DNA from: an uncultured virus (IMG/VR IMGVR_UViG_3300022198_000005)
Lineage: Duplodnaviria; Heunggongvirae; Uroviricota; Caudoviricetes
Length of the DNA: 64,000 nt
Strand: one strand, 5' to 3'
IMG/VR virus record: IMGVR_UViG_3300022198_000005
In this document: positions 8,334-18,182 of the stretch, one piece after another
How the letters are laid out: each line of letters opens with the position of its first letter
How positions within the stretch are numbered: position 1 is the first letter of the stretch
The notes under the pieces: model-generated
What the model saw: only the letters and a program-made list of their open reading frames with translations
Database searches by the model: none
Told to the model about the DNA's origin: nothing
Position numbers and translations under genes: made by a program

Positions 8334-9262
8334 ATCATATTCCTATAAACGTATTCAAGTGCCCGATCTGCTTCCTTGTTCATCGGACGATTCTCATACC
8401 AATTACCCGTATCTATGTCAAACTCGCGACACATGTTCGTGATCTCGTTTGATGTGATAGGATACTGGTTCTTCACCGCTTTGCTTGCAACCGCTACCAT
8501 GATCTGATACATCTTATGATACCATCCAGTGTTATTAATGGTCTGATACTCAGACGCTAGCTTTTTTGGCCAGAAAGGGCAGTCTCTGTAGCCTGACCAC
8601 TGAAACGATGTATTTTCAAGTTGAGATTTTCTGTGCTCGACGATCTGTCTTTGCCATTCGTCAGGCAGTCGGTCGATGAAGCTACCTGCATCTGACTTTG
8701 AGTTGTACTCCCACTTAGAACAAAGAAAATCAACATCAAGAAAATCGCCAGCGTTAGTAAAGAAGAAGTTGTAAGCGCCAGCATAGCTCGCAGGGATGTA
8801 ATACATTCTGCTGAGATCCTTAGTCTGTCGATCTCCGATGGCGCCAAGCTCTGAGTTGAGTGCCCACCAGAAATGCTTGATTTGATCTTGCTGTACTGCT
8901 CGAGTAAGTGGAAAGACAAGCCTGAACTTCGGGCGTGACTCCGTGCTGCTAGCAGTACTATAACAAACATAACGCCACTTACCATACCGAGTACGTAGCT
9001 CATCTTCTAGGTCTCCTTCAAATACATGATCGTCAACGTCGACTGCAGCCCAACCACTCCACTCTACCACATTCTTATTTGCACGAGTAGTGCCTTCTAA
9101 GTATGTAGCAGGTGAGATCAGATAAGCATCTTTCTTCGATGCACATGGCTTTTGAGACAACGCACGAAGCGCCATCTCAAACTGATCGAAAGACTCGAAC
9201 TGAAGTGAGTTATGAGTCTTATTGTCGAATACACCTTTAAAACGCGTCAGAGAGATTACCAT
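8330..9262 (-). CDS. Primase-polymerase (AEP)-like protein
   Basis: AVDVD, YSTAS..KFRLVFPL and DLSRMYY motifs plus a helical C-terminal domain. Confidence 0.7.
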   Translation of the reverse strand: MVISLTRFKGVFDNKTHNSLQFESFDQFEMALRALSQKPCASKKDAYLISPATYLEGTTRANKNVVEWSGWAAVDVDDHVFEGDLEDELRTRYGKWRYVCYSTASSTESRPKFRLVFPLTRAVQQDQIKHFWWALNSELGAIGDRQTKDLSRMYYIPASYAGAYNFFFTNAGDFLDVDFLCSKWEYNSKSDAGSFIDRLPDEWQRQIVEHRKSQLENTSFQWSGYRDCPFWPKKLASEYQTINNTGWYHKMYQIMVAVASKAVKNQYPITSNEITNMCREFDIDTGNWYENRPMNKEADRALEYVYRNMI

Positions 9263-9641
9263 GATTGTCCTTATGGCTTGGTGCGATCCAACCTTCTGGT
9301 TTGATCAAGTCGGGTAGACCAAGTGGATTAGGACGAGAAGGCTTTACGCCTACTTCTTTGTTCATGTTTGCACGATGCACTTCGCGCCATGCTTTGTCGC
9401 CATCAACACCAAATGCTTCGAGAGTGCCGATCGCGATAACGCAGATGTCGATCAAACCATCGATGATCTCTTCTGCATCTTTCTCACGATAAGCTTTCTG
9501 AGTTTCTTCATACTCTTCTTTGAGGAAGTTCATGCGAAACTCAAGAAACTTTTTCAGTTGCTCAGGTGTTGCGTTGTGAATCCATTGAGATACACCGTAC
9601 TTACCGTGCATCTGTCTCATATCTGTAAACCAAGTTTTCAT
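9237..9641 (-). CDS. MazG-like (all-alpha) dNTP pyrophosphatase, candidate dCTPase/dUTPase
   Basis: EEYEE...EIIDGLID...AWREVHRANMNK...KPEGW motifs. Confidence 0.75.
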   Translation of the reverse strand: MKTWFTDMRQMHGKYGVSQWIHNATPEQLKKFLEFRMNFLKEEYEETQKAYREKDAEEIIDGLIDICVIAIGTLEAFGVDGDKAWREVHRANMNKEVGVKPSRPNPLGLPDLIKPEGWIAPSHKDNHGNLSDAF

Positions 9642-9662
9642 AATTTTTCCTTTCGCATGCTC

Positions 9663-9691
9663 ATTATACCACAACCCGGGGCCCATGTACA
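9663..9691 (-). promoter_or_regulatory. T4-type early promoter
   Basis: TGTACA-N17-TATAAT with TGTGG extension. Confidence 0.8.
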
Positions 9692-9704
9692 TGTAGTACT
9701 AAAG

Positions 9705-12221
9705 TTATACAAAAAAGTCTTCAAGGGTCTGCTTCTCTTCAAGTGACCAGCCGACTGCATCTAAGATGAACTGCAAAGGCTCGATGAAAGTCTTCTCAAA
9801 CTGCAAGTCATAGTCGATGTATCGATGTAAGCCTAACTCTTTTGGTAGGTGATCTGGAAATGAGATCACGTTCTCTTTGATATGGTTAGGCAGTCTCAGG
9901 TATGCGAACTTGATCTTGTCACCATTATTGATGAGCTCGTACTTTGTGTTTAGACTATGGTTCTTGATGTGTCTATTGTAGAGTAGAGATCCTCTGACGT
10001 GGATCGGAGTGGCTTTCTTATAGATGTTCTGTCGATCTGACCATTCAGTGATGTTTGACACCGAACGAGGAAACGCGACTTCTTCAGGAGGCAGAGACTT
10101 GAACTTAACCTTGAAGTCGTTGATGAACTTACGTGTCTCTTCTTCGTCTCCTTTGATGATGATCTTAAATACCTCGTTGAACATATCTCGTACGACCTCG
10201 GGAGTCGAAGACTTGATAGCTTCAATACCCATGATCTTAAGCTTAGGCTCTGCATACTGCACACCTTCTGAGTTGTGCACGTTCAAGATGTAACGCTTCT
10301 TTGCAGTCCATATACCGTGATCAGCGATGACTTCTCGCTTCATCGTCATACGGTTCATGAAGCCATTCATGTTCTCGAACAACTCTGCATATGACTTCTC
10401 AAGGAGTGGTTCAAAGTGTGTAGAGCAGATCTTATCAAGGAATGCGACCTTCTTCTCAAGATCGTCGTTAGGCTTCCATATTAAAGTGTCCATGATAGGA
10501 CCAAAGTTGACATACAATGAATCAGTATCGATAGCGATCACATAGTCTTTGTTCTTTGTCTTGCAGATCTTGTTCATCTCTGCGTTGATGGCTTTCTCTG
10601 CCCACTGAATCGTAAGCTGACCAGTTAAGGTAACACCTTCAGCAAGTCTAATATCAAAGTATCGAAAGTATTGATTACCAAGAGCGCCATAAAGAGAGTT
10701 AAGCAGAATTTTAAGAGCCATCTGAGTATTTTCTAGACGGTTGATTTCCTTCTCGAGTTCATATGTCTTGTTCTTCTGATATTCTTTCTGAGATGCAAGC
10801 ATCAGTTTCTTTGTAGCAGAACGTTCATCATAGTAGTCAACGATGATGTTAGGCACCACACCTTGGAACTTCTTATGGTAAGTTGAGCCGTTCGCTGCGA
10901 CTGCCACGTCTTTCTTGGGAGTGGCCTTATTCTCCATATAGTACTCAACTCCAGCTTGCACTCGATCGTCTGGCGATGTCATCAAGGTTTCAGGCGACAT
11001 GTTATACTGAACGATAATGTTTGGATACAGAGAGTTTAAGTCGAACGATACGACCCAATCATGCATGCCAACCTTAGGATCTTTCACATAACCACCAGCG
11101 AATGCAGTCTTTACGCTATCGTTCTCGGCGATCATAGGCATGATCTTCTGTGACTTGAGCTTACGATAGATGATCGATTCCCAGATTGCGGTGGTACCAA
11201 ACGTGTCTGCATAGTTGACACCACCTTTATATGCTATCGTCATTGCAAGAGTAATCAGTCCCATCTTGTCTTCAAGTCGATCGACAAGCTGTACGTCTTT
11301 CATGTTATAGTCGATGTACTTCTGAAAGTCGTCTTTGTATAGGTTCTTCAAAGAACCAGACTCTTCGTATGATAGCTTACGCTCACCGAGTACCACATAA
11401 GCGATGTGATTCAACTTATATGATTCTTGTGCACCATACGAATAACCAAACTTTTGAAAGAGCTCGAGGTAGTCGAGTGATTGGATACCTTCTAAGTTAA
11501 AGGTGTCATACTCTTTGTTACGACGACTGATCTTACGATGGTTGACCAAACCCCAAGGCGAGAACTTCTTGACATACTCTACGCCAAGCACCTTTGCTGT
11601 ACGATTCACGAGGTATGGAATATCAAAGAAGCGAGAGTTCCAACCAGTAATGACGTCAGGCGAGTACTTTGCTGATGACCAATGCTCAAGGAAAAACTTC
11701 AGCATGTTTGCTTCAGATGTGCACTTGACGTATTTGACTGGTTTGATGAGCGCTTTCTCTACGTCATAGTCTCCATAACCCCATACGTAGTAAACACCGT
11801 CGACGTTTGATTTGACCGTGATAGCAAGGATCTCGTTCTTTGCTTCTGATGGTTCAGGAAAACCACCTTCATATGCGGTCTCGATATCGATCGTCGTGAC
11901 GTTGATCAAGTCACGGTCAAACTGTATGTCTGTAGGAAACTTCTCTGCGATGTACTGCTGAACGAAGTTGGTGTTACCATAGATGTTAAAACCAGAAACG
12001 CTCTTGTACTTTTCTAACCACTCACGCGCATCACGCATACTGTCCATCTTGGCCGAGCCGATCTGTTGACCGTCAAGACCTCGAAAGCCAGTGTCGTACT
12101 GTGAGGGGACGTAGAAGGTTGGTTGATACGGCTCTTTACGCTGGTATCTTTGACCAGCTCCATCATAGCCGCGATACATGATGGAGTTACCGAAACGAAA
12201 TACTGATGTGTAGAATGCCAT
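9705..12221 (-). CDS. gp43: DNA polymerase, family B
   Basis: DIET exonuclease motif, [26 protein letters not shown] and KKRY; no intein. Confidence 0.98.
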   Translation of the reverse strand: MAFYTSVFRFGNSIMYRGYDGAGQRYQRKEPYQPTFYVPSQYDTGFRGLDGQQIGSAKMDSMRDAREWLEKYKSVSGFNIYGNTNFVQQYIAEKFPTDIQFDRDLINVTTIDIETAYEGGFPEPSEAKNEILAITVKSNVDGVYYVWGYGDYDVEKALIKPVKYVKCTSEANMLKFFLEHWSSAKYSPDVITGWNSRFFDIPYLVNRTAKVLGVEYVKKFSPWGLVNHRKISRRNKEYDTFNLEGIQSLDYLELFQKFGYSYGAQESYKLNHIAYVVLGERKLSYEESGSLKNLYKDDFQKYIDYNMKDVQLVDRLEDKMGLITLAMTIAYKGGVNYADTFGTTAIWESIIYRKLKSQKIMPMIAENDSVKTAFAGGYVKDPKVGMHDWVVSFDLNSLYPNIIVQYNMSPETLMTSPDDRVQAGVEYYMENKATPKKDVAVAANGSTYHKKFQGVVPNIIVDYYDERSATKKLMLASQKEYQKNKTYELEKEINRLENTQMALKILLNSLYGALGNQYFRYFDIRLAEGVTLTGQLTIQWAEKAINAEMNKICKTKNKDYVIAIDTDSLYVNFGPIMDTLIWKPNDDLEKKVAFLDKICSTHFEPLLEKSYAELFENMNGFMNRMTMKREVIADHGIWTAKKRYILNVHNSEGVQYAEPKLKIMGIEAIKSSTPEVVRDMFNEVFKIIIKGDEEETRKFINDFKVKFKSLPPEEVAFPRSVSNITEWSDRQNIYKKATPIHVRGSLLYNRHIKNHSLNTKYELINNGDKIKFAYLRLPNHIKENVISFPDHLPKELGLHRYIDYDLQFEKTFIEPLQFILDAVGWSLEEKQTLEDFFV

Positions 12222-12227
12222 TGGGGT

Positions 12228-12256
12228 ATTATACCATACTTTCAAGGTGGTGTAAA
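12228..12256 (-). promoter_or_regulatory. T4-type early promoter for gp43 (probably leaderless)
   Basis: TTTACA-N17-TATAAT, 6 nt before the ATG. Confidence 0.8.
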
Positions 12257-13459
12257 CTGATCGATCAATAGATCCTCGTCTATCTTTCCCTTCTTATATG
12301 AATTATTTTGATGCTCGAGCCAACCTATGACCTCATGTCGACGGATTGGTTTAGTTCCTATCATATCTCTTAAAACGATCAAGTAGTCCATCACGTCTTT
12401 CTTCGTGATGTTACACATCGCACCTTCAACTCTATCGATACACTGATCGATCACTGCTCTATGCTTGATGTCTAACCCGTTCAATGCAAGAGTTGAAGGT
12501 TGACTTACCCAATTCCATGTGTTAAACATGATCTTCTTATAAGGGTTTAATCGTTCTGCAGAAGATATGACATAGTCGATGAAGTTATAAGTGTCTTTGA
12601 TCGTGAACACGTTTGGCGACATGGATATGCGAATCATGCTTATCTCGTCTAGTATGAGTAGACGTTCATAGTTCTTTTTCCATACTTCCCAATCAGAACC
12701 GTATCTGACGTTCTCTGACACTGCGCCTGTCGACTCGTTTGATAAGCAATATAACCACTTCCAGCGAGTCGTTTGCTTTACTTCTTCTTCTATATTATAC
12801 CATACTTTGTCAGTAAATGAGCCATTAGATGTGATGTCAATGATGAGCTCGCTATTACGAATGACGTCGTCTTCGATCATCTTTGACTTAAAGACTTCCC
12901 AGCCTTTACTGATGGTAGGCTCTCCGCCCAATACGCAAATATGTTTTAGGACTTCAGGCTCTTGCTGACAAAGGTCTCTGATCCAATCGATGATAACATC
13001 CATATCATCTTCTCGGTACTTATCGTAAGGAGCAATGCCACGCTCTTGCGCGTGTAGACTGCTGAACTTTTCATTACAGTATAAGCAGCTATGGTTACAC
13101 GTGTTTTCAAAGTACAACTTGATGTATCTAGCGTACTGCTTCTTATTTTCTGGATCAGCTACTTTTATTTCAAGCTTAGGCCAACTCTTACGAGTTCGAA
13201 AGCTTGTACCAGTCTCATTCTCTTGCTGCCAACATTGATTGCAGGCAGGATGTCTCCAGTTATTCAGCGCGTAGTTACGTCTATCATCGATGATGTTGTT
13301 ACTACGAATCCACTCTTTTGTAAGAGGGTCTGGGAACTTATGAGATGTAGTGGTCCTACAACAGTACTTGATCTCGCGGCGATGGAAGTATAACTCGATG
13401 TCTTCCCAATGTAGACTACAGAAAGTCTGTGGCGAGTAATTTAGGGAGTGGATCTTCAT
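12242..13459 (-). CDS. Radical SAM protein with N-terminal Cys-rich (twitch-like) domain
   Basis: [12 protein letters not shown] and TSNG motifs; N-terminal FC..CC..CNQCW. Confidence 0.85.
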   Translation of the reverse strand: MKIHSLNYSPQTFCSLHWEDIELYFHRREIKYCCRTTTSHKFPDPLTKEWIRSNNIIDDRRNYALNNWRHPACNQCWQQENETGTSFRTRKSWPKLEIKVADPENKKQYARYIKLYFENTCNHSCLYCNEKFSSLHAQERGIAPYDKYREDDMDVIIDWIRDLCQQEPEVLKHICVLGGEPTISKGWEVFKSKMIEDDVIRNSELIIDITSNGSFTDKVWYNIEEEVKQTTRWKWLYCLSNESTGAVSENVRYGSDWEVWKKNYERLLILDEISMIRISMSPNVFTIKDTYNFIDYVISSAERLNPYKKIMFNTWNWVSQPSTLALNGLDIKHRAVIDQCIDRVEGAMCNITKKDVMDYLIVLRDMIGTKPIRRHEVIGWLEHQNNSYKKGKIDEDLLIDQFTPP

Positions 13460-14045
13460 GGAAGCGATATGATATACTGATCCTGACTTCATTAGTCGTG
13501 TTATTGATCTTATGCGGGGTTGAAGTATTAAGTAAAACTGGATATTTTAGGTTATAGCTATCAATAAGTTTTGCTTTACTTAAATCTGGAGGTACCAGCC
13601 TAGGACGATCTAAGCCATCTGATTGGCGAAGTTCTTCCCACCATCCTTCTCCACAATCGTAAATGTTTACGGGAGTTTTTATATAATTTTTGATACCAAT
13701 GTTAATAACGTTTTCGTGAGGAACTTCAGTAGCAACGCGTGTTATATCAAGTCTACGATCGTGGCGTGTAGGACGGACATAAGTGTCGTCGGTCGGATAT
13801 GTTGTTTTATTAAAGTCAACATGTATCTGGCTAGATATACCAGAATAGTTAACAAAAATTAGAGCTTGAAATGGAAAGAACCCTCTAGCATTGAACCACT
13901 TCTTCAATGACTGAGGATAATGAACGCTATTCATCTGTACAACTTGTTGAGCTAACAAGTATTTACTTTCGTCGTATGCTTTCAGTACATTAGCTCGTAC
14001 CTCATCTACGATAGCAGTAGGGATATTTAGCTGCCGAAAAAACAT
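13416..14045 (-). CDS. Putative 2OG-Fe(II) oxygenase / cupin-fold protein
   Basis: IHVD...PH...R-I-S-I-S pattern. Confidence 0.55.
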   Translation of the reverse strand: MFFRQLNIPTAIVDEVRANVLKAYDESKYLLAQQVVQMNSVHYPQSLKKWFNARGFFPFQALIFVNYSGISSQIHVDFNKTTYPTDDTYVRPTRHDRRLDITRVATEVPHENVINIGIKNYIKTPVNIYDCGEGWWEELRQSDGLDRPRLVPPDLSKAKLIDSYNLKYPVLLNTSTPHKINNTTNEVRISISYRFHEDPLPKLLATDFL

Positions 14046-14281
14046 TGCTTGAAGATCGTCTTAGAAAGTTGTAAGTTGGTATCTCGATCAGTCTTTTTAG
14101 TAAAAACCGGGTTGATGATCTTCTTAAAGAACTCGTAGTCTCTGTCATTAAACATGACATGCCATTCGTTTTCATAGTTGGACAAGAGGACCCAACCATT
14201 GCCGAGTCTCATGTCCAATTCCGATTTTTGCTCTTCACTCAAAGGTCGCTTAGCTAAACGACCATAATAATTATAAAACAT
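14027..14281 (-). CDS. Hypothetical protein
   Basis: 84-aa ORF packed into the operon. Confidence 0.6.
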   Translation of the reverse strand: MFYNYYGRLAKRPLSEEQKSELDMRLGNGWVLLSNYENEWHVMFNDRDYEFFKKIINPVFTKKTDRDTNLQLSKTIFKQCFFGS

Positions 14282-14287
14282 AAAGAA

Positions 14288-14941
14288 TTAGAGGTATGTT
14301 ACCTTCGCGTTGGGTTTATCAAAAGAACGCACTTTCTTACCAGTGCCTTGGCTCTCGCGACGTTGCTTGCTAGGATCTTTGAAGCCAACACCCATAGCCA
14401 AGATGGGTTTATCATTGGTGTTCAATAGCTTTTTCACTTCTTCGTGATTAAAGCACTTATCACAACCAGTTTGGTAACCAAGCATAGAAGCGGTCATATT
14501 AACAAAGCCAGCAGCAACACCGATAGCTTCATGCATGTCTGCATAGTTGGTCAGCCGATCTTTTTCAGAGTCGATGCCCATGGCAATCTTCTTCTGCTCG
14601 GAAGTACGGAACACTGAGTGTTTGTTCTCAGTAAAGATCAAGACTGCATTGGCGAGAACTTGAGGGTTATCACGTGCTTCAGTCTTGGAAGCTTCATACA
14701 TATGCTCTAGAGTCTCGCGATCTTCGATCACATAGACGTTATAGAAGTCAACGTTTTGTTTAGAAGGTGCCTGAGTGGCAGCATGGACGATTAGATCCAA
14801 GTCTTCTTTAGGGATCTGCTTACTTAGGTCCCAGTTACGTTGGCATCGCTGACCGCGTAGGATCGCGTCATTGATGTACTTATTAAATTGTTGTTTATCC
14901 ACTACGGGTGCAATGGCTTCTTGAAATGCGGCTGGCGTCAT
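14288..14941 (-). CDS. Nitroreductase-family flavoprotein
   Basis: RCQRNW, APSKQN, IGVAAG and LGYQTG motifs. Confidence 0.85.
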   Translation of the reverse strand: MTPAAFQEAIAPVVDKQQFNKYINDAILRGQRCQRNWDLSKQIPKEDLDLIVHAATQAPSKQNVDFYNVYVIEDRETLEHMYEASKTEARDNPQVLANAVLIFTENKHSVFRTSEQKKIAMGIDSEKDRLTNYADMHEAIGVAAGFVNMTASMLGYQTGCDKCFNHEEVKKLLNTNDKPILAMGVGFKDPSKQRRESQGTGKKVRSFDKPNAKVTYL

Positions 14942-14977
14942 GAAATGTTTCCCCCAAAAAATAGGTATCGGTACACT

Positions 14978-14985
14978 TATTTATA
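14978..14985 (-). promoter_or_regulatory. T4 late promoter (gp55-dependent)
   Basis: TATAAATA just downstream of a terminator and upstream of the nitroreductase operon. Confidence 0.8.
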
Positions 14986-15000
14986 CAAGTTAAGAGCCAG

Positions 15001-15022
15001 AAAAAGGGGCCGAAGCCCCTTT
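15001..15022 (-). terminator. Rho-independent terminator
   Basis: AAAGGGGC-TTCG-GCCCCTTTTT with UUCG tetraloop. Confidence 0.9.
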
Positions 15023-15024
15023 GT

Positions 15025-15252
15025 TTAGTCGCGTTTAGAGACAAACGTATATAGTTCTGCCGCCTTTTTCATCAACTCTTCTGTTGAATATGGCTTAAGA
15101 GCTTCTTTCATGTCTTCTGCAGTCTTCTGACCTTGGTCAAACAACTGTTGGGTAAACATATAGTTCATTTCCCAGGCGCGGTCCATGTAGTCCTTAGCCA
15201 TCTTCAAGACTTCTTGACGGATTTCAAACGGGTTTTTCATAGTCGCCTCCAT
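15025..15252 (-). CDS. Small phage hypothetical protein
   Basis: NPFEIRQEVLKMAKD...AAELYTFVS; GGAGG RBS suggests a start at 15240. Confidence 0.75.
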   Translation of the reverse strand: MEATMKNPFEIRQEVLKMAKDYMDRAWEMNYMFTQQLFDQGQKTAEDMKEALKPYSTEELMKKAAELYTFVSKRD

Positions 15253-15467
15253 TATTTAGTAACCAATTTAGAAACTGCCGAGAATTGGTCGACGGTGTAC
15301 TTCATCATTGCGATGGAGTTGTCGACAATCATTTCAGCGTATTGAGTTTGAGCGTCGAGGTATCTTTCAGCTGCTTCTTTCAGTTCAGGTTGGTCCTTGA
15401 ACATCTGATCGCCAACCAATTTCTTGGTATGCTGAAACTGCTCGATATAGAATTTAGGTGAAAACAT
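15252..15467 (-). CDS. Small helical protein, possibly phasin-like
   Basis: 71-aa amphipathic helical ORF with AGGAG RBS; family call tentative. Confidence 0.45.
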   Translation of the reverse strand: MFSPKFYIEQFQHTKKLVGDQMFKDQPELKEAAERYLDAQTQYAEMIVDNSIAMMKYTVDQFSAVSKLVTK

Positions 15468-15529
15468 TTAAATCTCCTGTGTGTGTTTGTGAAAATACCG
15501 GTTTTAAAAAGATCCGGCAACTTTATTTA

Positions 15530-15670
15530 TCAAAAGTCTAGAGGTTGGTATGCCTCACGGGCATCGACTCCGCACTCCGGACAATTAGCATACTTTGGCA
15601 AATCCTCGAAAGGTCCATCTACAGTCTCATCATGGATGTGACCGCAAACATCGCATACATATTGCTTCAT
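15530..15670 (-). CDS. Rubredoxin (not in the ORF track)
   Basis: MKQYVCDVCGHIHDETVDGPFEDLPKYANCPECGVDAREAYQPLDF: CxxCG...CPxCG; GAGG RBS. Confidence 0.88.
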   Translation of the reverse strand: MKQYVCDVCGHIHDETVDGPFEDLPKYANCPECGVDAREAYQPLDF

Positions 15671-15681
15671 ATTATTACCTC

Positions 15682-15873
15682 TTAAATGTAATGTTTATAA
15701 CGCATGTTATCAATATCTTTCATGCGTTTTTCAAGTTCAGCAATATTTTGGGATTGAGCAAGATAACGCTCAACGCGTGAGCGTGCGCAAGCTTCACCCC
15801 ATATTTCAAGTTTATGGAAAATCGCCAAGAATAGCTTCTTTACCTTCTGTAAGAAGTTTTGTATTTGTGTCAT
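15682..15873 (-). CDS. Small hypothetical protein (DUF3563-like)
   Basis: ERYLAQSQNIAELEKRM pattern. Confidence 0.55.
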   Translation of the reverse strand: MTQIQNFLQKVKKLFLAIFHKLEIWGEACARSRVERYLAQSQNIAELEKRMKDIDNMRYKHYI

Positions 15874-16297
15874 GTGTGTACTCCACGTTATGATTGATAG
15901 GAATCAGCCGTGGACGCTTTTCTTCAGGGACGACCCTCTCTAGGTTAATGACGAGCAGTCCGTCTCTTAGATTAGCTCCTTTTACTTCTACATGTTCAGA
16001 CAGTCTAAAGGAACGTTTGAATGATCGACCTGAAATGCCGCGATGTAGATAGTCAGCTTTCGTCTGTTCATGCTTGGCACCTTGAACATACAAGATACCA
16101 TCTTGTTGATTCAGTGTAAGCTCTGACTCAGTGAACCCAACACAAGCGATCTCAATCGCATAGTTGTTTTCTGAAAGCCTTACGATATTATGCGGGGGAT
16201 AGTTATCTGTAGCAGATGAGGCTGTGATACGCTCAAGCTCATCAAAGATATTATCAAAGCCGATAAACGCAGAACGTGGTAATTTAAAGTTTGTCAT
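15812..16297 (-). CDS. hsp20: Small heat-shock protein (Hsp20/IbpA-like)
   Basis: FIGFD, YPPHNI, YLHRGIS, DGLL and PEEKRPR motifs. Confidence 0.95.
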   Translation of the reverse strand: MTNFKLPRSAFIGFDNIFDELERITASSATDNYPPHNIVRLSENNYAIEIACVGFTESELTLNQQDGILYVQGAKHEQTKADYLHRGISGRSFKRSFRLSEHVEVKGANLRDGLLVINLERVVPEEKRPRLIPINHNVEYTHDTNTKLLTEGKEAILGDFP

Positions 16298-16360
16298 ATG
16301 TATGACCTCCTAATTTTAGCAAGGTTGTAGAAAATGGACCCGCTATTGCGGCATCCATAA
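16298..16360 (-). promoter_or_regulatory. ROSE-like RNA thermometer in the hsp20 leader
   Basis: 5' hairpin AUGGAUGCCGCAAUAGCGGGUCCAU, then CCUUGCU-AAAAUU-AGGAGG pairing the SD with a U(U/C)GCU motif. Confidence 0.65.
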
Positions 16361-16362
16361 AG

Positions 16363-16398
16363 TATTTATATTATACCACACTCGACTCAGCTTGTACA
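16363..16398 (-). promoter_or_regulatory. Tandem early (16370-16398) and late (16363-16370) promoters for hsp20
   Basis: TGTACA-N17-TATAAT directly followed by TATAAATA. Confidence 0.8.
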
Positions 16399-17411
16399 TA
16401 GCCTTGATATAAAGAATTATACAGCTCTGCGGCTTCGTCAAACCAAAAATTTATGTTCACGTGGGATTTAGATGGCTGAAGCTTCAGTATCTCTATGTCT
16501 TCAGTGAATGCTTCGACCGCGGTCTGGTTCATCATCTTGACAAGGGATTCTTTTAAGATGACGTCACCAATGTTCTCTTCATCAAACTCTTTACTCAATG
16601 ATTGGCTAAAGAAGTAGTGCGAGGTAGTTTCTGTCTCTGGTACGATGAACTGTTTGACCTGTAATTTTACTGGCACATCAGAAGGATCTTTCGGCTTTCC
16701 GCCTGAATCCATCATCAATACTCCAGGAAGTTTAAACGTATAGTGGAACCAACGATCCATCTTTGAGGCAAAGCGTCTGAACTTTCCATAATACGGTGGA
16801 GCCTCGACGTCAGGCATGTCCCAAGATATTGATACTCCTCGATCGATCTCCTTGATCTCAGGCCTAATCGAAGAGAAAGTGGTTGTGCCGCCTAAAGTCG
16901 TTGGATGTACAAAGTCGAGGTGTGTGAAGTCAAGCAAGTTGTCGCATAATAAGTTAGCAGACACTTCTGCATGCATGTAACCGATAGCATGAGTGCCTAT
17001 CGGTTTTAACTCGTCATCAGAAGGCAACAGCGTATAGTCCGGAGAATGCGGCTTGCCCATCCACACAAACACATAGCCATGTCTAATCTCTACAGGATAA
17101 CTTTTTATCGCACGGTTCGGGATCTCAGAGTCTTCCATGCCTGGCACTTTGCATAGCTTACCAGTAGGACAGTACTGAAGTCCATGGTACCCGCATCGAA
17201 CGTTGTCTCCTATACGAATACCTGTAGAGATAGGCACCTTACGATGGACACATCGATCTCTAAGTGCTATCAGTTGGAATAAATTGTTAGCAGAACGATA
17301 TACGAGGATCCTCTCTCCGAGGATCGTTCGTGAAAATACTTTCTCATGATCTATACTTGGTATCTCAGACTCTAATGCGATGACATACCAAGATTCACGT
17401 ATCCATTTCAT
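16371..17411 (-). CDS. Rieske non-heme iron oxygenase alpha subunit (VanA-like)
   Basis: CVH...CGYH Rieske ligands; DNLLDFTHLDFVH and FTED mononuclear-Fe ligands. Confidence 0.9.
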   Translation of the reverse strand: MKWIRESWYVIALESEIPSIDHEKVFSRTILGERILVYRSANNLFQLIALRDRCVHRKVPISTGIRIGDNVRCGYHGLQYCPTGKLCKVPGMEDSEIPNRAIKSYPVEIRHGYVFVWMGKPHSPDYTLLPSDDELKPIGTHAIGYMHAEVSANLLCDNLLDFTHLDFVHPTTLGGTTTFSSIRPEIKEIDRGVSISWDMPDVEAPPYYGKFRRFASKMDRWFHYTFKLPGVLMMDSGGKPKDPSDVPVKLQVKQFIVPETETTSHYFFSQSLSKEFDEENIGDVILKESLVKMMNQTAVEAFTEDIEILKLQPSKSHVNINFWFDEAAELYNSLYQGYVQAESSVV

Positions 17412-17818
17412 TTATTACCAATATTGTACTTTGGACAAAGTTCCCAATCGTTCTTCTCTTTGTACGGAATGATCTTAATCTGTCGCATCGGGGCAAGAGG
17501 CTGAGCTGCATCTCGGTTCTCGATGGATAATAGACCCCAATCACTCATGAGCACGGCAATCGTATTACGCCTTGCCACATCATTCTCTTCAAGGTTTGAC
17601 TTCTTGCCGTCGAGCAGAAACAGCTCTTTAAAATGGACGATGAAGTACCGTCCTTGCTTGTGTAAGATATGGCATGACTGGTATAGTTTTCTCTCTTTAC
17701 GAGATGCCACACCTATCCTTGTTAGGGTTTCCCGGATCTTTAAAAAATCGTCCGGTTCGTTTAAGGTGACTTCCAACATACTGTTGGGCGTCCATTCAAT
17801 CAAGTTACTTTCTTCCAC
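17408..17818 (-). CDS. regA: Translational repressor RegA
   Basis: DDFLKIRETLTRIG and LYQSCHILHKQGRYFIVHFKELF. Confidence 0.97.
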   Translation of the reverse strand: MEESNLIEWTPNSMLEVTLNEPDDFLKIRETLTRIGVASRKERKLYQSCHILHKQGRYFIVHFKELFLLDGKKSNLEENDVARRNTIAVLMSDWGLLSIENRDAAQPLAPMRQIKIIPYKEKNDWELCPKYNIGNK

Positions 17819-18182
17819 CTTTACTCACCTTTATATGTAATTCTTGTAATTGGTTCGGTGAGAGAAGGCTGACCACTTGTCTGGCTTTTAAATCATTATA
17901 GCCATAGTACTGCTTGATCACTTCAACGTCACCATCACTTTTCTTTTTTTCCCATTTCGAAAAGCGTTTCCGCTTCCTCATGATATTTATAAAAAAGTCG
18001 TATTGAAGTTTATTATCAAGGTGGTGATTGATGTTCATCTCATTTGCCGCAAGGACTGAATCTGGGAAATAAGATAATGAACGGTTAATGATATATGCGT
18101 TATATGCCTTTTCAGTAATGTCGTCAGTTATGAGATTTTTCTTGGTAGTGTTGATTGAGTTTAAGAATTCGAAGGGATTCAT
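17805..18182 (-). CDS. gp62: Clamp loader small subunit
   Basis: YIINRSLS..D..ANEMN, QYDFF and KRFSKW; position before regA. Confidence 0.92.
   Translation of the reverse strand: MNPFEFLNSINTTKKNLITDDITEKAYNAYIINRSLSYFPDSVLAANEMNINHHLDNKLQYDFFINIMRKRKRFSKWEKKKSDGDVEVIKQYYGYNDLKARQVVSLLSPNQLQELHIKVSKGGRK
17984..17991 (-). promoter_or_regulatory. T4 late promoter inside gp62
   Basis: TATAAATA upstream of regA and the Rieske gene. Confidence 0.5.
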
